64,000 nucleotides of DNA, from IMG/VR virus record IMGVR_UViG_3300024269_000036, positions 1-64,000 of that record, one strand, 5' to 3'. Origin of the DNA: an uncultured virus (IMG/VR IMGVR_UViG_3300024269_000036) (Duplodnaviria; Heunggongvirae; Uroviricota; Caudoviricetes). Of the stretch, positions 28,426 through 38,230 are shown in pieces. A program made the position numbers and the translations under genes. The notes below the pieces were generated by a model. The model made no database searches. It saw only the letters and a list, made by a program, of their open reading frames with translations, and was not told the DNA's origin. Positions within the stretch are counted from its first letter, which is position 1, and each line of letters starts with the position of its first letter.

Positions 28426-29358
28426 ATGGCAGTTATAAATTATTCAGACCAATTCAAATACTCTGGTAAGGGTTATATTGATGCTAAGGTTGCACCTGTC
28501 GCCAATATTGAAGACCTGACTAAAATCAGTTCATTTGTATTGGCCAAGTATTACACGCCTGGTATGGTTGTGATGGTACTTGATGATGGCCTTGGTGAGG
28601 GCCCCGCACAGTATATTCTTACTGAAGATTATTCTTGGGAGAAGTATGGCTCTATTGACTTGGGGAAAGTCGAGGAGCGTGTTGATGCAGTTGAGGGTGA
28701 ATTGAAAAATCTTGATTCACGCATTAAGGATATAGCATCAAAGGCAGATGAAAATGCAAACGGTATTTCAAACCTTAATTCAAAAATTGAAAAGATTGCG
28801 GGTATTGACAAACTTAAAGCAGGTGATAATATTGCTTTTGTAGAAGAAATTGATGGCAGTCTTGTAATTTCCGCTTCAGTTCCGGATGTTGACCTTACTG
28901 AGGTTGAAACCCGTATCAGCGAAATTGATGAAGCCTATAAAAAGGCTGATGAAGGCCTTTCAGAACGAATCAATTCAATAGCAGGAAATGTTTCAGTAAA
29001 TACTCAGAATATTGAAGCAATTTCAGCAAGGGTTTCAGGCAATACTCAGCAAATTCAAGATGTTTCTAAAAAGGTTGGGACTTTGGAAGAATCATTTAAT
29101 GAGTATACCGCAAGCACTGACGCTAAGATTCAGACAATTTCGGGTGATGTAATCACAATTCAAGACAGGCTTGATTCAATCACAAGTGGTGAGGGTGATG
29201 TTGCTGTTGATGGAATTACAATTCAGAAAGACGAGAATAAGAAACTTTCCGTGAAGATTTCAAACGCTGAAGATAATGTTTTGGTTGTTAATGAGGATGG
29301 TCTTTATTCAACGGGCATATCTCTTTCGGGTGATGATTTGGAAAACGAAATTCTCTAA
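28426..29358 (+). CDS. Fibre-like coiled-coil structural protein
   Basis: Heptad repeats; VDGITIQ and NEDGLY fibre motifs. Confidence 0.6.
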   Translation: MAVINYSDQFKYSGKGYIDAKVAPVANIEDLTKISSFVLAKYYTPGMVVMVLDDGLGEGPAQYILTEDYSWEKYGSIDLGKVEERVDAVEGELKNLDSRIKDIASKADENANGISNLNSKIEKIAGIDKLKAGDNIAFVEEIDGSLVISASVPDVDLTEVETRISEIDEAYKKADEGLSERINSIAGNVSVNTQNIEAISARVSGNTQQIQDVSKKVGTLEESFNEYTASTDAKIQTISGDVITIQDRLDSITSGEGDVAVDGITIQKDENKKLSVKISNAEDNVLVVNEDGLYSTGISLSGDDLENEIL

Positions 29359-29476
29359 TATAAGTAAGAAAATATCTTAATAAAAATATAATATTTAAAA
29401 TAATATTATTATTTATAAGAGATATTAATTTAATGTTAAAATAAACTGGAATTATAAGAATAAATAATAATCAGAT

Positions 29477-31423
29477 ATGTCAAAACAACTTTTTAAAGGT
29501 ATTAAGTCCGTACTTGGTACGACTTTCGCAGAGGTTGCTGCAGCTGATAGAAAAGGTTATATTTGGTTCGTTAGAACAGTTGTTGATTCTGATGCCAACA
29601 CTGAGGGCGTACAGGATGACAATGATTTAAGAAACGACATTTATGACATTTATTTCGGTACAAAGCACTATGCTCGTTATCAGGAAGGACAGATTGAATC
29701 TCTTGCTGATAAAATTGCCACTCTTGATGACGAGAGCGCTGATGTAGCTGCAGCCCTTCTTAAGGTGGTAGGTATTGTAAATGTTAGTCTTGATGGTGAA
29801 GGCAAAATCACTGTAATGGATGAGGATTTTGCAAATCTTGCTGCTGCTTTCGCTAAGGTTACTGCTCGTTTCGACGAAGTTGAAGGTGATATTAAGGACC
29901 TTCAAGATTCACTTACTGAAATTATGGTGAAGAATGTTGCTGAAGGCGACAAAGTTCTTAATGTTGCTGACGGTATTCTTTCATCAACAATTGGTCTTAA
30001 ATATGAGAACAATAAAATCTCTCTTACGGGAATTGGTGGCGAGGAAATTGCAGGATTTGATGCAACTGATTTCCTGAAAGACAGCGTTCTTGAGGATGTT
30101 AAAGTTGAAACTAAAGAAGATGGTGAGAAATATATCATTTTCACTTGGAAGACTGAGGGTGAGTCAACTAAGACTGATGAGATTAAGGTTTCTGATTTTG
30201 CGAAACTTTACAATGCAGGTACCGCACTCGAACTCGCTGAGGATGGTGTGACTTTCAATGTTAAGGTTGCTGAGGCTAACAACTTCCTTTCAGTTAACGA
30301 ATCCAATGAACTTGTTGTTGACGATATGACAGTTGATAAGACAGTTCTTAAGGAATCTATTACAATTGAGGGTGGCCCTCTTGCTTCTGATGCAGTTAAA
30401 TCTGCTTTTGCTGATGGTGTCATCCCTGCAGGTACTGACCTTCAGGCAGTTCTTAAGGCTCTTCTTTGTGTTGAAATCTATCCGGTACCTTCAAAGAATA
30501 CTCCAAGTTATAGTGTTTCAATTTCAGCACCAACTGTTAGTGCAACAGGTGGAAACAATAATGGGCTTGTAGAAGTTGGACAGGCAATTACATTCAGTGA
30601 GGTTACAGCAAATGCAGTTTCAATTTCTAAGACTGAGCCTAAAGTAAGTGGATTTGAGCATGGTTATTCTGCTACTGTTGATGGTGATGATGTTGTAGAC
30701 GCAACTTCAGTTTCAGGTGCTTGGACAGTTTCACAGATGAATAACAACGTTTATGAACTTTCAGCGGCTTCTACCGGTTTCACAGGAACACTCCCAACAA
30801 CAGTTCAAGACGCTACCGCTTCTTTATGTAAGCTTGCTTCATGTACTCTTGTTGCTGTTGAAGGAACTAATAAGTATGTAGTAACTGAGGATGCGCCTAA
30901 GCATACAGGTTCACATGATGGAGTTGCTTCTTATTATATCGTTTCAAACCTTGGTGGAAGAAGTGAGGAGAAGAAATCAGTTGCAATTGCTGCTCAGGCA
31001 GGTGTTGAAAAAGACCCTTCTAATCAGTCTGCAACATTCACTGTAACAGGTGTTTATCCTGTATATACCAATGGCGTTAGTGCTTCTACTACAGATGCAA
31101 CTGGTGCGGCTATGGCAGACCTCGCTGCTCCAGTAACAGGTGATGGTACTAAATTGGCTCTTATGAAATCAAATACTTCATTTGCGGTTTCATTTGCTAA
31201 TCAGGGCCTTGAACCATACCGTCTTTTCCTCCCTGGTGCTTGGAAGGTAACAACTGCAATGGCAATCAATCCAACTACAGCGAAATATGCTATTGATTGT
31301 AAAGATAAGTTCGTCGCAAACGGTACTGTTACAAGAACTATTCAGGGTAAAGAGGTGACTTATACAGTTTATGAGTGGGCTTCAACTGAAGGACCTAACC
31401 GTGTTAAATTCACAGTGGCTTAA
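29477..31423 (+). CDS. Fibre-like structural protein
   Basis: FDATDFLKDSVL...KYIIFTW module; Thr/Val-rich beta C-terminus. Confidence 0.65.
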   Translation: MSKQLFKGIKSVLGTTFAEVAAADRKGYIWFVRTVVDSDANTEGVQDDNDLRNDIYDIYFGTKHYARYQEGQIESLADKIATLDDESADVAAALLKVVGIVNVSLDGEGKITVMDEDFANLAAAFAKVTARFDEVEGDIKDLQDSLTEIMVKNVAEGDKVLNVADGILSSTIGLKYENNKISLTGIGGEEIAGFDATDFLKDSVLEDVKVETKEDGEKYIIFTWKTEGESTKTDEIKVSDFAKLYNAGTALELAEDGVTFNVKVAEANNFLSVNESNELVVDDMTVDKTVLKESITIEGGPLASDAVKSAFADGVIPAGTDLQAVLKALLCVEIYPVPSKNTPSYSVSISAPTVSATGGNNNGLVEVGQAITFSEVTANAVSISKTEPKVSGFEHGYSATVDGDDVVDATSVSGAWTVSQMNNNVYELSAASTGFTGTLPTTVQDATASLCKLASCTLVAVEGTNKYVVTEDAPKHTGSHDGVASYYIVSNLGGRSEEKKSVAIAAQAGVEKDPSNQSATFTVTGVYPVYTNGVSASTTDATGAAMADLAAPVTGDGTKLALMKSNTSFAVSFANQGLEPYRLFLPGAWKVTTAMAINPTTAKYAIDCKDKFVANGTVTRTIQGKEVTYTVYEWASTEGPNRVKFTVA

Positions 31424-31452
31424 TAATAATTGAAGAATATTGATTTTAGGAT

Positions 31453-33501
31453 ATGGCAAAATTATTTAATGGTATGATAAACTTCGCATCGGCAATTAAA
31501 CCTACCGGTGCACAGCCACTTGATGATAGAACAGTAGTACAGTCATTTGCTGACTTGCTTGCTGATGATACATTTGGTTTGGCGAAATATAACGGTATGC
31601 TTGTTGCTGTTGTTGAAGATGGACAGGTATACATGCTTAAAGATGCGGCTAATTCGACTTCAGAAGACGCTTGGGTTGCCGTAGGTTCAGGAAATGGTTC
31701 ACTTGCTGTTGAAGAATATAAGGATGCAGTTGCTCTTGCAACTGATGATAATATTGGTCAGGTTATCTATGTTAAGACTAAATCTGAGTATGATGCTGAC
31801 GGAGAAGGTGAAGGTGCTGCTGTTGAATATGACGCTGCTCCTTATATTGTAATCGGTCAGGGACAACTTCAGAAACTCGCAGCTTCTACTGCAAGTGGTA
31901 ATCTTGACGCTGACGTTGCTGAACTTAAGACTAAGGTTTCAGGTATTGAATCTGAAATAGGAAAAGCGGCTGCAGGCGAGGATGCTGCTACAGGACTTTA
32001 CAAAGAAATTGCCGATGCTGAGGATGCAGCAAAGACTTATGCTGATGAACAGGCTGCTCAGGCTCTTACTGACGCTAAAGACTATGCCGATGGTAAGGAC
32101 GAGGCTATGGATGGGCGCGTTAAGGTTCTTGAAGCAATTGACCATGATGCTTATATAGGTGCTGATGCTGCTCTTAAATCTGAAATAGAGGGTGAACTTG
32201 GTAAGAAAGTCGATAAGGTTGAGGGTTCTCGTCTTATGACTAATGATGAGGGTACTAAACTTGGTAATATCGAGGCAGGTGCTCAGGTTAACAAACTTGA
32301 GGTCGTTAAAGTTAACGGACAGGCTCTTGTGATAGCAGAGGCTGATAAATCAGTTGATGTTATTGTTCCAACTGCTCCGGTTCAGGGAGTTGCTGATGGT
32401 GAAAAAGTTATTTCCCTTGATGGAGATAAATTGAAAACAACTCTTACTCTTGCTTATGTTCCGGCTTCAGATGAACAGAATGCAGTGCTTCGTCTCCAGG
32501 GAATTAATGGTGAGGTTGTTTCATCAATTGATGCAACTGCTTTCATTAAGGATGGTATGCTTGAAGGTGCTGTTCTTGATGGACCTAAAGAAGGTGAGGC
32601 CGGTGAGAAATATCTCGTATTGACCTTCAATACTGCTGCAGGTAAAGAAGATATCCGCATGGATGTAACAGACCTTCTTGATTACTATGCTGCGGGTGAT
32701 GGCCTTGTTCTTGATGGTAAAACGTTCAAGGTAAAGGTTGATGAGACTGCAAACACTTATCTTCAGGTAACAACTAATGGTATTGCAGTTTCACAAGCAT
32801 TCCTTGATAAGATAACTGAACTTGATAATGAGGTTCTTAGGGCTGCTAAAGAATATGCTGATGGCCTTGCAGGAAACTACGAGGTTGCAGGCGCAGCTGC
32901 TCAGGCTCTTGCTGACGCTAAGGCTTATACCGATGAGCGTGAGGTTGAGATTGATAAGAAGTGGGCTGCTGCTGACGCTCAGGTTCTTGCTGATGCTAAG
33001 AAGTATGGCGACGATACTTTCGTAACCAAAGACGGTTTCAATGAATTTGAGGCTTCTTATGAGGAGAAACTTAATAACATTGCTGAGGGCGCTCAGGTTA
33101 ACGTAATTGAGGCTGTTAAGGTTAATGGTATTGATGCTGTAGTTTCTGAGGGTAAGGTTGCTGAACTCGAAATTGCTGCTAAGGATATTGCTCTCGGTAG
33201 TGATATTACTGGCGCAACAGGTGATGCGATTTATTCAGGAGATACCAAGATTTCAACAGTCCTTCAGGGTATTCAGGATAGCATTCGCGCTGCTGTTGCG
33301 GGTGGTGTGAATTCAGTTACTTCCGCAGACAATGCTATTGAAGTAAACAACGCTGACCCTAACAACCCTAAGGTTTCGGTTAAGGTTGAAACAGCAACTG
33401 ATGAGACAGTCGCTGCAGGACACATCGAACTTGTCAAAGGTAGTGAAGGCCTTTATGGTTTCATGTACTATGACGGCGACGATGCAGAGGTTCTGAATTA
33501 A
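31453..33501 (+). CDS. Fibre-like structural protein (PLDDR N-terminus, AK.YAD repeats)
   Basis: QPLDDRTVV; repeated AQALADAK.Y.D; two GAQVN..E.VKVNG repeats. Confidence 0.7.
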   Translation: MAKLFNGMINFASAIKPTGAQPLDDRTVVQSFADLLADDTFGLAKYNGMLVAVVEDGQVYMLKDAANSTSEDAWVAVGSGNGSLAVEEYKDAVALATDDNIGQVIYVKTKSEYDADGEGEGAAVEYDAAPYIVIGQGQLQKLAASTASGNLDADVAELKTKVSGIESEIGKAAAGEDAATGLYKEIADAEDAAKTYADEQAAQALTDAKDYADGKDEAMDGRVKVLEAIDHDAYIGADAALKSEIEGELGKKVDKVEGSRLMTNDEGTKLGNIEAGAQVNKLEVVKVNGQALVIAEADKSVDVIVPTAPVQGVADGEKVISLDGDKLKTTLTLAYVPASDEQNAVLRLQGINGEVVSSIDATAFIKDGMLEGAVLDGPKEGEAGEKYLVLTFNTAAGKEDIRMDVTDLLDYYAAGDGLVLDGKTFKVKVDETANTYLQVTTNGIAVSQAFLDKITELDNEVLRAAKEYADGLAGNYEVAGAAAQALADAKAYTDEREVEIDKKWAAADAQVLADAKKYGDDTFVTKDGFNEFEASYEEKLNNIAEGAQVNVIEAVKVNGIDAVVSEGKVAELEIAAKDIALGSDITGATGDAIYSGDTKISTVLQGIQDSIRAAVAGGVNSVTSADNAIEVNNADPNNPKVSVKVETATDETVAAGHIELVKGSEGLYGFMYYDGDDAEVLN

Positions 33502-33587
33502 TAATTAATAAATGGCTACCCCCCCCCCATTAGGATAGTTCTATGGGGGGATGGCCATTAATAAAAACGAGTAAGTTTTTGGGCAAA

Positions 33588-34052
33588 ATGGCAGAAAACA
33601 AAAACATGGTAAAATTTTGGAGAGGTACTGAGGAAGGGTATAATTTATTGGCTAAGGCTAATATGTTGGATTATTGGACCCGATATTCAGTAAAGTCGGT
33701 TGATTCGGAAACGGGAGTTATCACTTGGAGAGAGTATTTCGGTGATAATCTTATAACAGAACCAACTGGGCAACTTTTACCTGTTATTGATATTGTGTCC
33801 GCATTACCCAGCATGTTGAATCCGGGTGACCGTTACCTCGTTGGTGAAGATGCCAACGGAATAACCTCCGCAACATATTATATTGTTGAGATTGGGGTAG
33901 AGAGGGACGATACAGGATATTCTCAGACAACAAAAACAAAACGTTTTGAAGATGGCATGTCAGTCAGAGTTAAAAACAGAGATTATAAATCATATCTGAT
34001 TGTGAATGGCCAAATCAGGACCTATGATGAAGTTGATTGCGGCACATATTGA
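33588..34052 (+). CDS. Structural-module protein ending in DCGTY
   Basis: Likely start MAENKNMVKFWRG; GDRYLV motif. Confidence 0.6.
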   Translation: MAENKNMVKFWRGTEEGYNLLAKANMLDYWTRYSVKSVDSETGVITWREYFGDNLITEPTGQLLPVIDIVSALPSMLNPGDRYLVGEDANGITSATYYIVEIGVERDDTGYSQTTKTKRFEDGMSVRVKNRDYKSYLIVNGQIRTYDEVDCGTY

Positions 34053-34080
34053 TGGCAGAGTATATAAAATAAGTGAATAT

Positions 34081-34105
34081 AAAGGAGGACTTCGGTCTTC
34101 CTTTT
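34081..34105 (+). terminator. Intrinsic terminator
   Basis: AAAGGAGGAC-TTCG-GTCTTCCTTTT with a UUCG loop. Confidence 0.75.
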
Positions 34106-34134
34106 GTTTTTTTAATATTTTATCACTATATTTG
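34103..34134 (+). promoter_or_regulatory. Bacteroidota sigmaA-type promoter (-33 TTTG, -7 TAnnTTTG)
   Basis: TTTG-N20-TATATTTG upstream of the primase; same architecture at 35142, 37785, 43950, 45737, 52962, 56170 and 62441. Confidence 0.75.
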
Positions 34135-34152
34135 CGAAAAATTTTTTATCAA

Positions 34153-35154
34153 ATGTTTCAGAAGATTTATAATATTTTAGTTTCAATTTTAGGTGAATCA
34201 AAGCAGGGTGGATACATGAAAGGGTGTTCACAGTATCAGTTCAATTGCATAATGGATTGTGCTGAGGAAAAAGGTGGGCCCGATGGGAAATATAATCTTG
34301 AGGTTTCATTTGCCATTGGCAAGTATCATTGTTGGGCTTGTGACGGGAAGGGGAACCTTTCGTATTTAATACGACGATATGGTGGTAAAGAAAAATTCAA
34401 GATATATGAGGAAGAAATAAAATCCATTAGAGAGAGTAAAATGTACGACTTGTCGTCGTATATGGATGAGATATATGGCAATACAGATAAGAATGGAAAA
34501 ACACTTAAATTGCCAGAAACTTATACCAAGATAGATATTTCATCACTTAAGAGTAAAAAACTTAAAAATTACCTCGAAAAACGCCAAATAACGCAGGATA
34601 TCGTTGACCGTTTCAATATAGGCTATACACAATGGGATGGTGAGACATGGACAATGAGAAACAGGATTGTAATTCCGTCTTATGATGAATATGGGTTCCT
34701 TAATTATTGGGTGTCGCGAGATTTTTCCGGATACGAAAAGAAAACGAAATACAAGAATTGCGATGCTGATAAAAAAGAAATAGTCTTCCAAGAAAGTTTA
34801 ATTAATTTCGATGCCGATATAGTTCTGGTTGAAGGTGCTCTTGATTGTATCTATTATAATAATGCTATTTCAATGCTCGGTAAATTTTTGTTGAAAGATA
34901 GTGAATTATATAAAAAACTGTATTCCAAAGCCAATGCTGATATTATAATATGTCTTGATTCGGATACCACTATAGAAGAAACGAAGAGAATATATAATCT
35001 TCTTAATGTGGGGAGATTACGAGGTAGAATAAAGTATATTGAACTCAATGAATATAAAGATTTCGGTGAGGTATATGAGGCTTTGGGGAAAAAAGGAATT
35101 ATTGAAACAATTAAATCTGCGAAAAAATTTGATGAAATTGATTTGCTGATTTGA
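34153..35154 (+). CDS. dnaG: DNA primase (Zn-binding plus TOPRIM)
   Basis: NC..C...YHCWAC Zn finger; RIVIPSYD...NYWVSR; LVEGALD and CLDSD TOPRIM motifs; start placed at the ATG after the promoter. Confidence 0.85.
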   Translation: MFQKIYNILVSILGESKQGGYMKGCSQYQFNCIMDCAEEKGGPDGKYNLEVSFAIGKYHCWACDGKGNLSYLIRRYGGKEKFKIYEEEIKSIRESKMYDLSSYMDEIYGNTDKNGKTLKLPETYTKIDISSLKSKKLKNYLEKRQITQDIVDRFNIGYTQWDGETWTMRNRIVIPSYDEYGFLNYWVSRDFSGYEKKTKYKNCDADKKEIVFQESLINFDADIVLVEGALDCIYYNNAISMLGKFLLKDSELYKKLYSKANADIIICLDSDTTIEETKRIYNLLNVGRLRGRIKYIELNEYKDFGEVYEALGKKGIIETIKSAKKFDEIDLLI

Positions 35155-35176
35155 ATAATATTTGTATATTTGCAAC

Positions 35177-36013
35177 ATGGTAAAGAAAATTATTGCTTGT
35201 GCGGATATTCACATCCGCAATCTTAAAAGAATGGATGAGACTTATGACATGCTTAACAAATTCATTAATAAATGTCATATTGATATGGAAGATGGTGGAT
35301 TTGAAAGGGATGAAGTAAGAATTGTTGTGGCCGGTGATATCTTTGAAAATAAGATAACAGTATCAAATGAGGCTAATCTTGCGGTATCATGGTTTTTAAA
35401 TTCATTATCTAAAGTGGCAAAGGTAATTGTGATTTGTGGAAATCATGATTTTCTAATGAACAATAAGTCTCGTGTTGATTCATTGACCCCTGTTATAGAA
35501 ATTGCAGGCAATGAAGATGTGGTTTATCTTGATTCTTACACTGAATACACTTCGGGAATGTATGTGGATGATAACATTGTTTGGTGTCTTTATTCATCAT
35601 TTGATGATTTCAATCGCCCTGACATTGAATGGGCTAAGTCAGAATATGGGGAAAACAAGACTTATGTTGGTGTAATTCATGCTGATATTAATGGCGCGGT
35701 ATCTCATACCAATAGAGTGACTGAAAATGGACTTGATGCAAGCATTTTTGAGGGCCTTGATTTTGTTATTGCAGGACATATACATAAACATCAGGAGATA
35801 AAGAAGAATGGTGTTAAGGCTGTGTACTGTGGCTCATTGATTCAACAGAATAACGGTGAAAGCATTTATGGGCACGGATATGTCGTGTGGGATGTTGAAA
35901 AATGCACATATAAACTTGTTGAAGTGAAAAATGAAGATTATGGTTTTTATAAGTTCATAATCGAATCAGAAACTGATATTGAGGAAGATAAAGAGATATT
36001 GATTAACATTTAA
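35177..36013 (+). CDS. sbcD: SbcD/Mre11-like metallophosphoesterase nuclease (gp47-like)
   Basis: ADIHI, AGDIF, GNHD, AGHIH, YCGSLIQQN.GE. Confidence 0.85.
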   Translation: MVKKIIACADIHIRNLKRMDETYDMLNKFINKCHIDMEDGGFERDEVRIVVAGDIFENKITVSNEANLAVSWFLNSLSKVAKVIVICGNHDFLMNNKSRVDSLTPVIEIAGNEDVVYLDSYTEYTSGMYVDDNIVWCLYSSFDDFNRPDIEWAKSEYGENKTYVGVIHADINGAVSHTNRVTENGLDASIFEGLDFVIAGHIHKHQEIKKNGVKAVYCGSLIQQNNGESIYGHGYVVWDVEKCTYKLVEVKNEDYGFYKFIIESETDIEEDKEILINI

Positions 36014-36024
36014 TAAAAAAAAAT

Positions 36025-36714
36025 ATGGATAAATTTAGAAAAGATTATGAACTTTTTGCTCGTTCAGAGTATGGTATTGGTAGTAATAAGTTGAATGAAT
36101 ATGATAAGTATCTTCAGAGAACCAATGGTGGATACGTGGAGCCATACATTCTTGAGGAACGTGAGATGAATGTAACGCAGATGTCTGTATTTAGCCGTCT
36201 GTTTAAGGACCGTATTCTTTTCCTTGGAACTGAGGTTACTTCTGATAGTGCTAATATCCTTGCTTCACAGTTGATGTTCCTTAACTCTGTGGATGAAACC
36301 GAAGATATTAAACTATATATTAATTCCCCTGGGGGAAGTGTCGCAAGTGGCTTGATGTTATATGATATCATGAATTTTGTAACACCTGATGTTTCAACTT
36401 ATTGCATGGGAACATGTGCATCAATGGCTGCAGTTCTTTTGTCTTCGGGGGCGTCAGGAAAAAGATATTCACTCCCACATTCAGAGGTTATGATTCATCA
36501 GCCATCAACCGGGATTGGAAGGATTAAAGCTGAGGACCTTCGTGTTGAGTATGAACAGATGGAGAAGTGTAAGAATACTCTTTATCAGATTCTTGCGGAA
36601 AATACAAACAGGCCTATTGACGAAATTGCAGAACTTTGTAAGTTGGATAGGTGGTATACTGCGGATGAGGCTGTTGAATTTGGCCTTATTGATTCAGTAA
36701 TCAGAAAGAAGTAG
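36025..36714 (+). CDS. clpP: ATP-dependent Clp protease proteolytic subunit
   Basis: VFSRLFKDRILFLG, YINSPGG, CASMAA (Ser), MIHQP (His), LDRW (Asp), FGLID. Confidence 0.93.
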   Translation: MDKFRKDYELFARSEYGIGSNKLNEYDKYLQRTNGGYVEPYILEEREMNVTQMSVFSRLFKDRILFLGTEVTSDSANILASQLMFLNSVDETEDIKLYINSPGGSVASGLMLYDIMNFVTPDVSTYCMGTCASMAAVLLSSGASGKRYSLPHSEVMIHQPSTGIGRIKAEDLRVEYEQMEKCKNTLYQILAENTNRPIDEIAELCKLDRWYTADEAVEFGLIDSVIRKK

Positions 36715-36718
36715 AAAT

Positions 36719-36913
36719 ATGGGTAGATTTCACTTTGAACCAATGGTTTATGACCATGTTGATAAACGAGGGATATATTGGAGAAGTTCGAAAACGGGAC
36801 TTCTCTATATATTCTATTGGAATCCTATTATGTGGTTGCATACATTGTTATGCAAAGATTGCTATTTTGGATTTTTGCCATTTAAAACCAAACATATAAA
36901 ATATGGGGATTGA
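36719..36913 (+). CDS. Hypothetical protein
   Basis: 64-aa ORF in operon. Confidence 0.5.
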   Translation: MGRFHFEPMVYDHVDKRGIYWRSSKTGLLYIFYWNPIMWLHTLLCKDCYFGFLPFKTKHIKYGD

Positions 36914-37076
36914 ACATAAAGTAGGGGATTGTTATTTAGCCAAAGGCTACTCTGACGATGTTTTTGAATTGGTTGAAATTAATGATAAAGAGTTGACTTT
37001 AGTTGGAAAGAATACCAATAAAGTGTTTTTTATTGAAGAAAGCAGAATTGAAAAATTTTATAGAAAATTGTCATGA
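36903..37076 (+). CDS. Small protein missed by the ORF track (57 aa, MGIEHKVGDCYL...)
   Basis: Hand-translated; ATGA overlap with the 37073 ORF. Confidence 0.6.
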   Translation: MGIEHKVGDCYLAKGYSDDVFELVEINDKELTLVGKNTNKVFFIEESRIEKFYRKLS

Positions 37077-37501
37077 GAAAAATTAATAAACTATATCACC
37101 TTAGCCATGCAAATCATGACGGTGAAGTATTTAAACCAAGAGTGCCTGATAATATCATTATAGGCGATTATGAATGTGAACAACTTGAGGATAAAAAGAC
37201 AAAACGAATATGCTTTTCTAAAACCATTTCAGGTGCATTCCTCGGTATTAATTTTGATGGGGCATACGAAGAGATGTATGTTCATGTTCCTGAGAATATT
37301 GAATCGGTCCCTGATGATAAAATAGTTATCCCAACTGAAAAACAGGTATGGGATGCTGAGTTCACAAGAGAAGTTTGGGTAAAGGCTCCTGTGAAGATGA
37401 AATGCGTTGGAAAGGTCCTTATTGGATATAATCTTGCTAACACAACATGGCGACAGTGGAGACCTTCAGTTAAATTCAGGTGGCTTGAAAAATACGTTTA
37501 A
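37073..37501 (+). CDS. Hypothetical protein, possible ADP-ribosyltransferase-like fold
   Basis: LYHLS...F.PRVP...ED..T.RICFS..I.G...T.EVW pattern. Confidence 0.45.
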   Translation: MRKINKLYHLSHANHDGEVFKPRVPDNIIIGDYECEQLEDKKTKRICFSKTISGAFLGINFDGAYEEMYVHVPENIESVPDDKIVIPTEKQVWDAEFTREVWVKAPVKMKCVGKVLIGYNLANTTWRQWRPSVKFRWLEKYV

Positions 37502-37641
37502 ATGGGGCGACGTATGATGACTCTTTTTCCAGTTTTTGTTACTTTTTGAGATGTTCTTGGGGAAATTGGTTTATTAACGGTTTTCTGAACCTGTTTTACC
37601 GGTTGTACATTTTTTTTACTATTTTTACAAGCACATGCCAT
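37498..37641 (-). CDS. Small very basic protein (47 aa, MACACK...)
   Basis: ATG 20 nt downstream of a minus-strand TATTTAT motif; Lys/Arg-rich. Confidence 0.55.
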   Translation of the reverse strand: MACACKNSKKNVQPVKQVQKTVNKPISPRTSQKVTKTGKRVIIRRPI

Positions 37642-37830
37642 GATAAATTCAATTTTTATAATAAATAGTGCGATTTTTTTATTTTGAACGATATTTATCG
37701 TCAAATAACCGCCACATCGGTTTCTAACCACACTATATCATTTTTCTCTCCAACGGTTCCCTGCGCAAGAAACGTTGGAGTTTTTTTGTTTTCTACTAAA
37801 AAGTTTCTATCTTTGCGAAAAAAAAAAGAA

Positions 37831-38211
37831 ATGGAGAATTACGATTGTTTTACACTTAGTGGTGATAATCTTGCAAAAGATTATGGAAGTGATTACGTTG
37901 AATTGCCTGTAGAAGAAACTGCTTCTGATGAATATGTTGATTACTTTAATGATGTTCTGCATGAAATGGACGTTGTTCATGCTAAAAAGAATGCCGATTA
38001 TGGAAATAATTTCCATAAGAGATTTAAGAAATGGGGTTTTCTTACAGCCTTGTTAAGGCTGTCGGATAAGATGGAACGTCTTGAAAACATTTATGAGAAA
38101 GGACAGATTCAGGTAAAGGACGAATCCGTTGAAGATACTCTTCTTGACCTTGCTAATTACGCAGTTATGACTGTTGTTGAACTTAGGAATGAAAAGAAAA
38201 ATAGGAAATAA
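37831..38211 (+). CDS. Nucleotide-modification-associated domain protein (DUF1599/Nmad1-like)
   Basis: KKNADYGN.F...RLSDK..RL...ES..DTLLDLANYA. Confidence 0.8.
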   Translation: MENYDCFTLSGDNLAKDYGSDYVELPVEETASDEYVDYFNDVLHEMDVVHAKKNADYGNNFHKRFKKWGFLTALLRLSDKMERLENIYEKGQIQVKDESVEDTLLDLANYAVMTVVELRNEKKNRK

Positions 38212-38230
38212 TTTTTAATTTTTTAAATAT

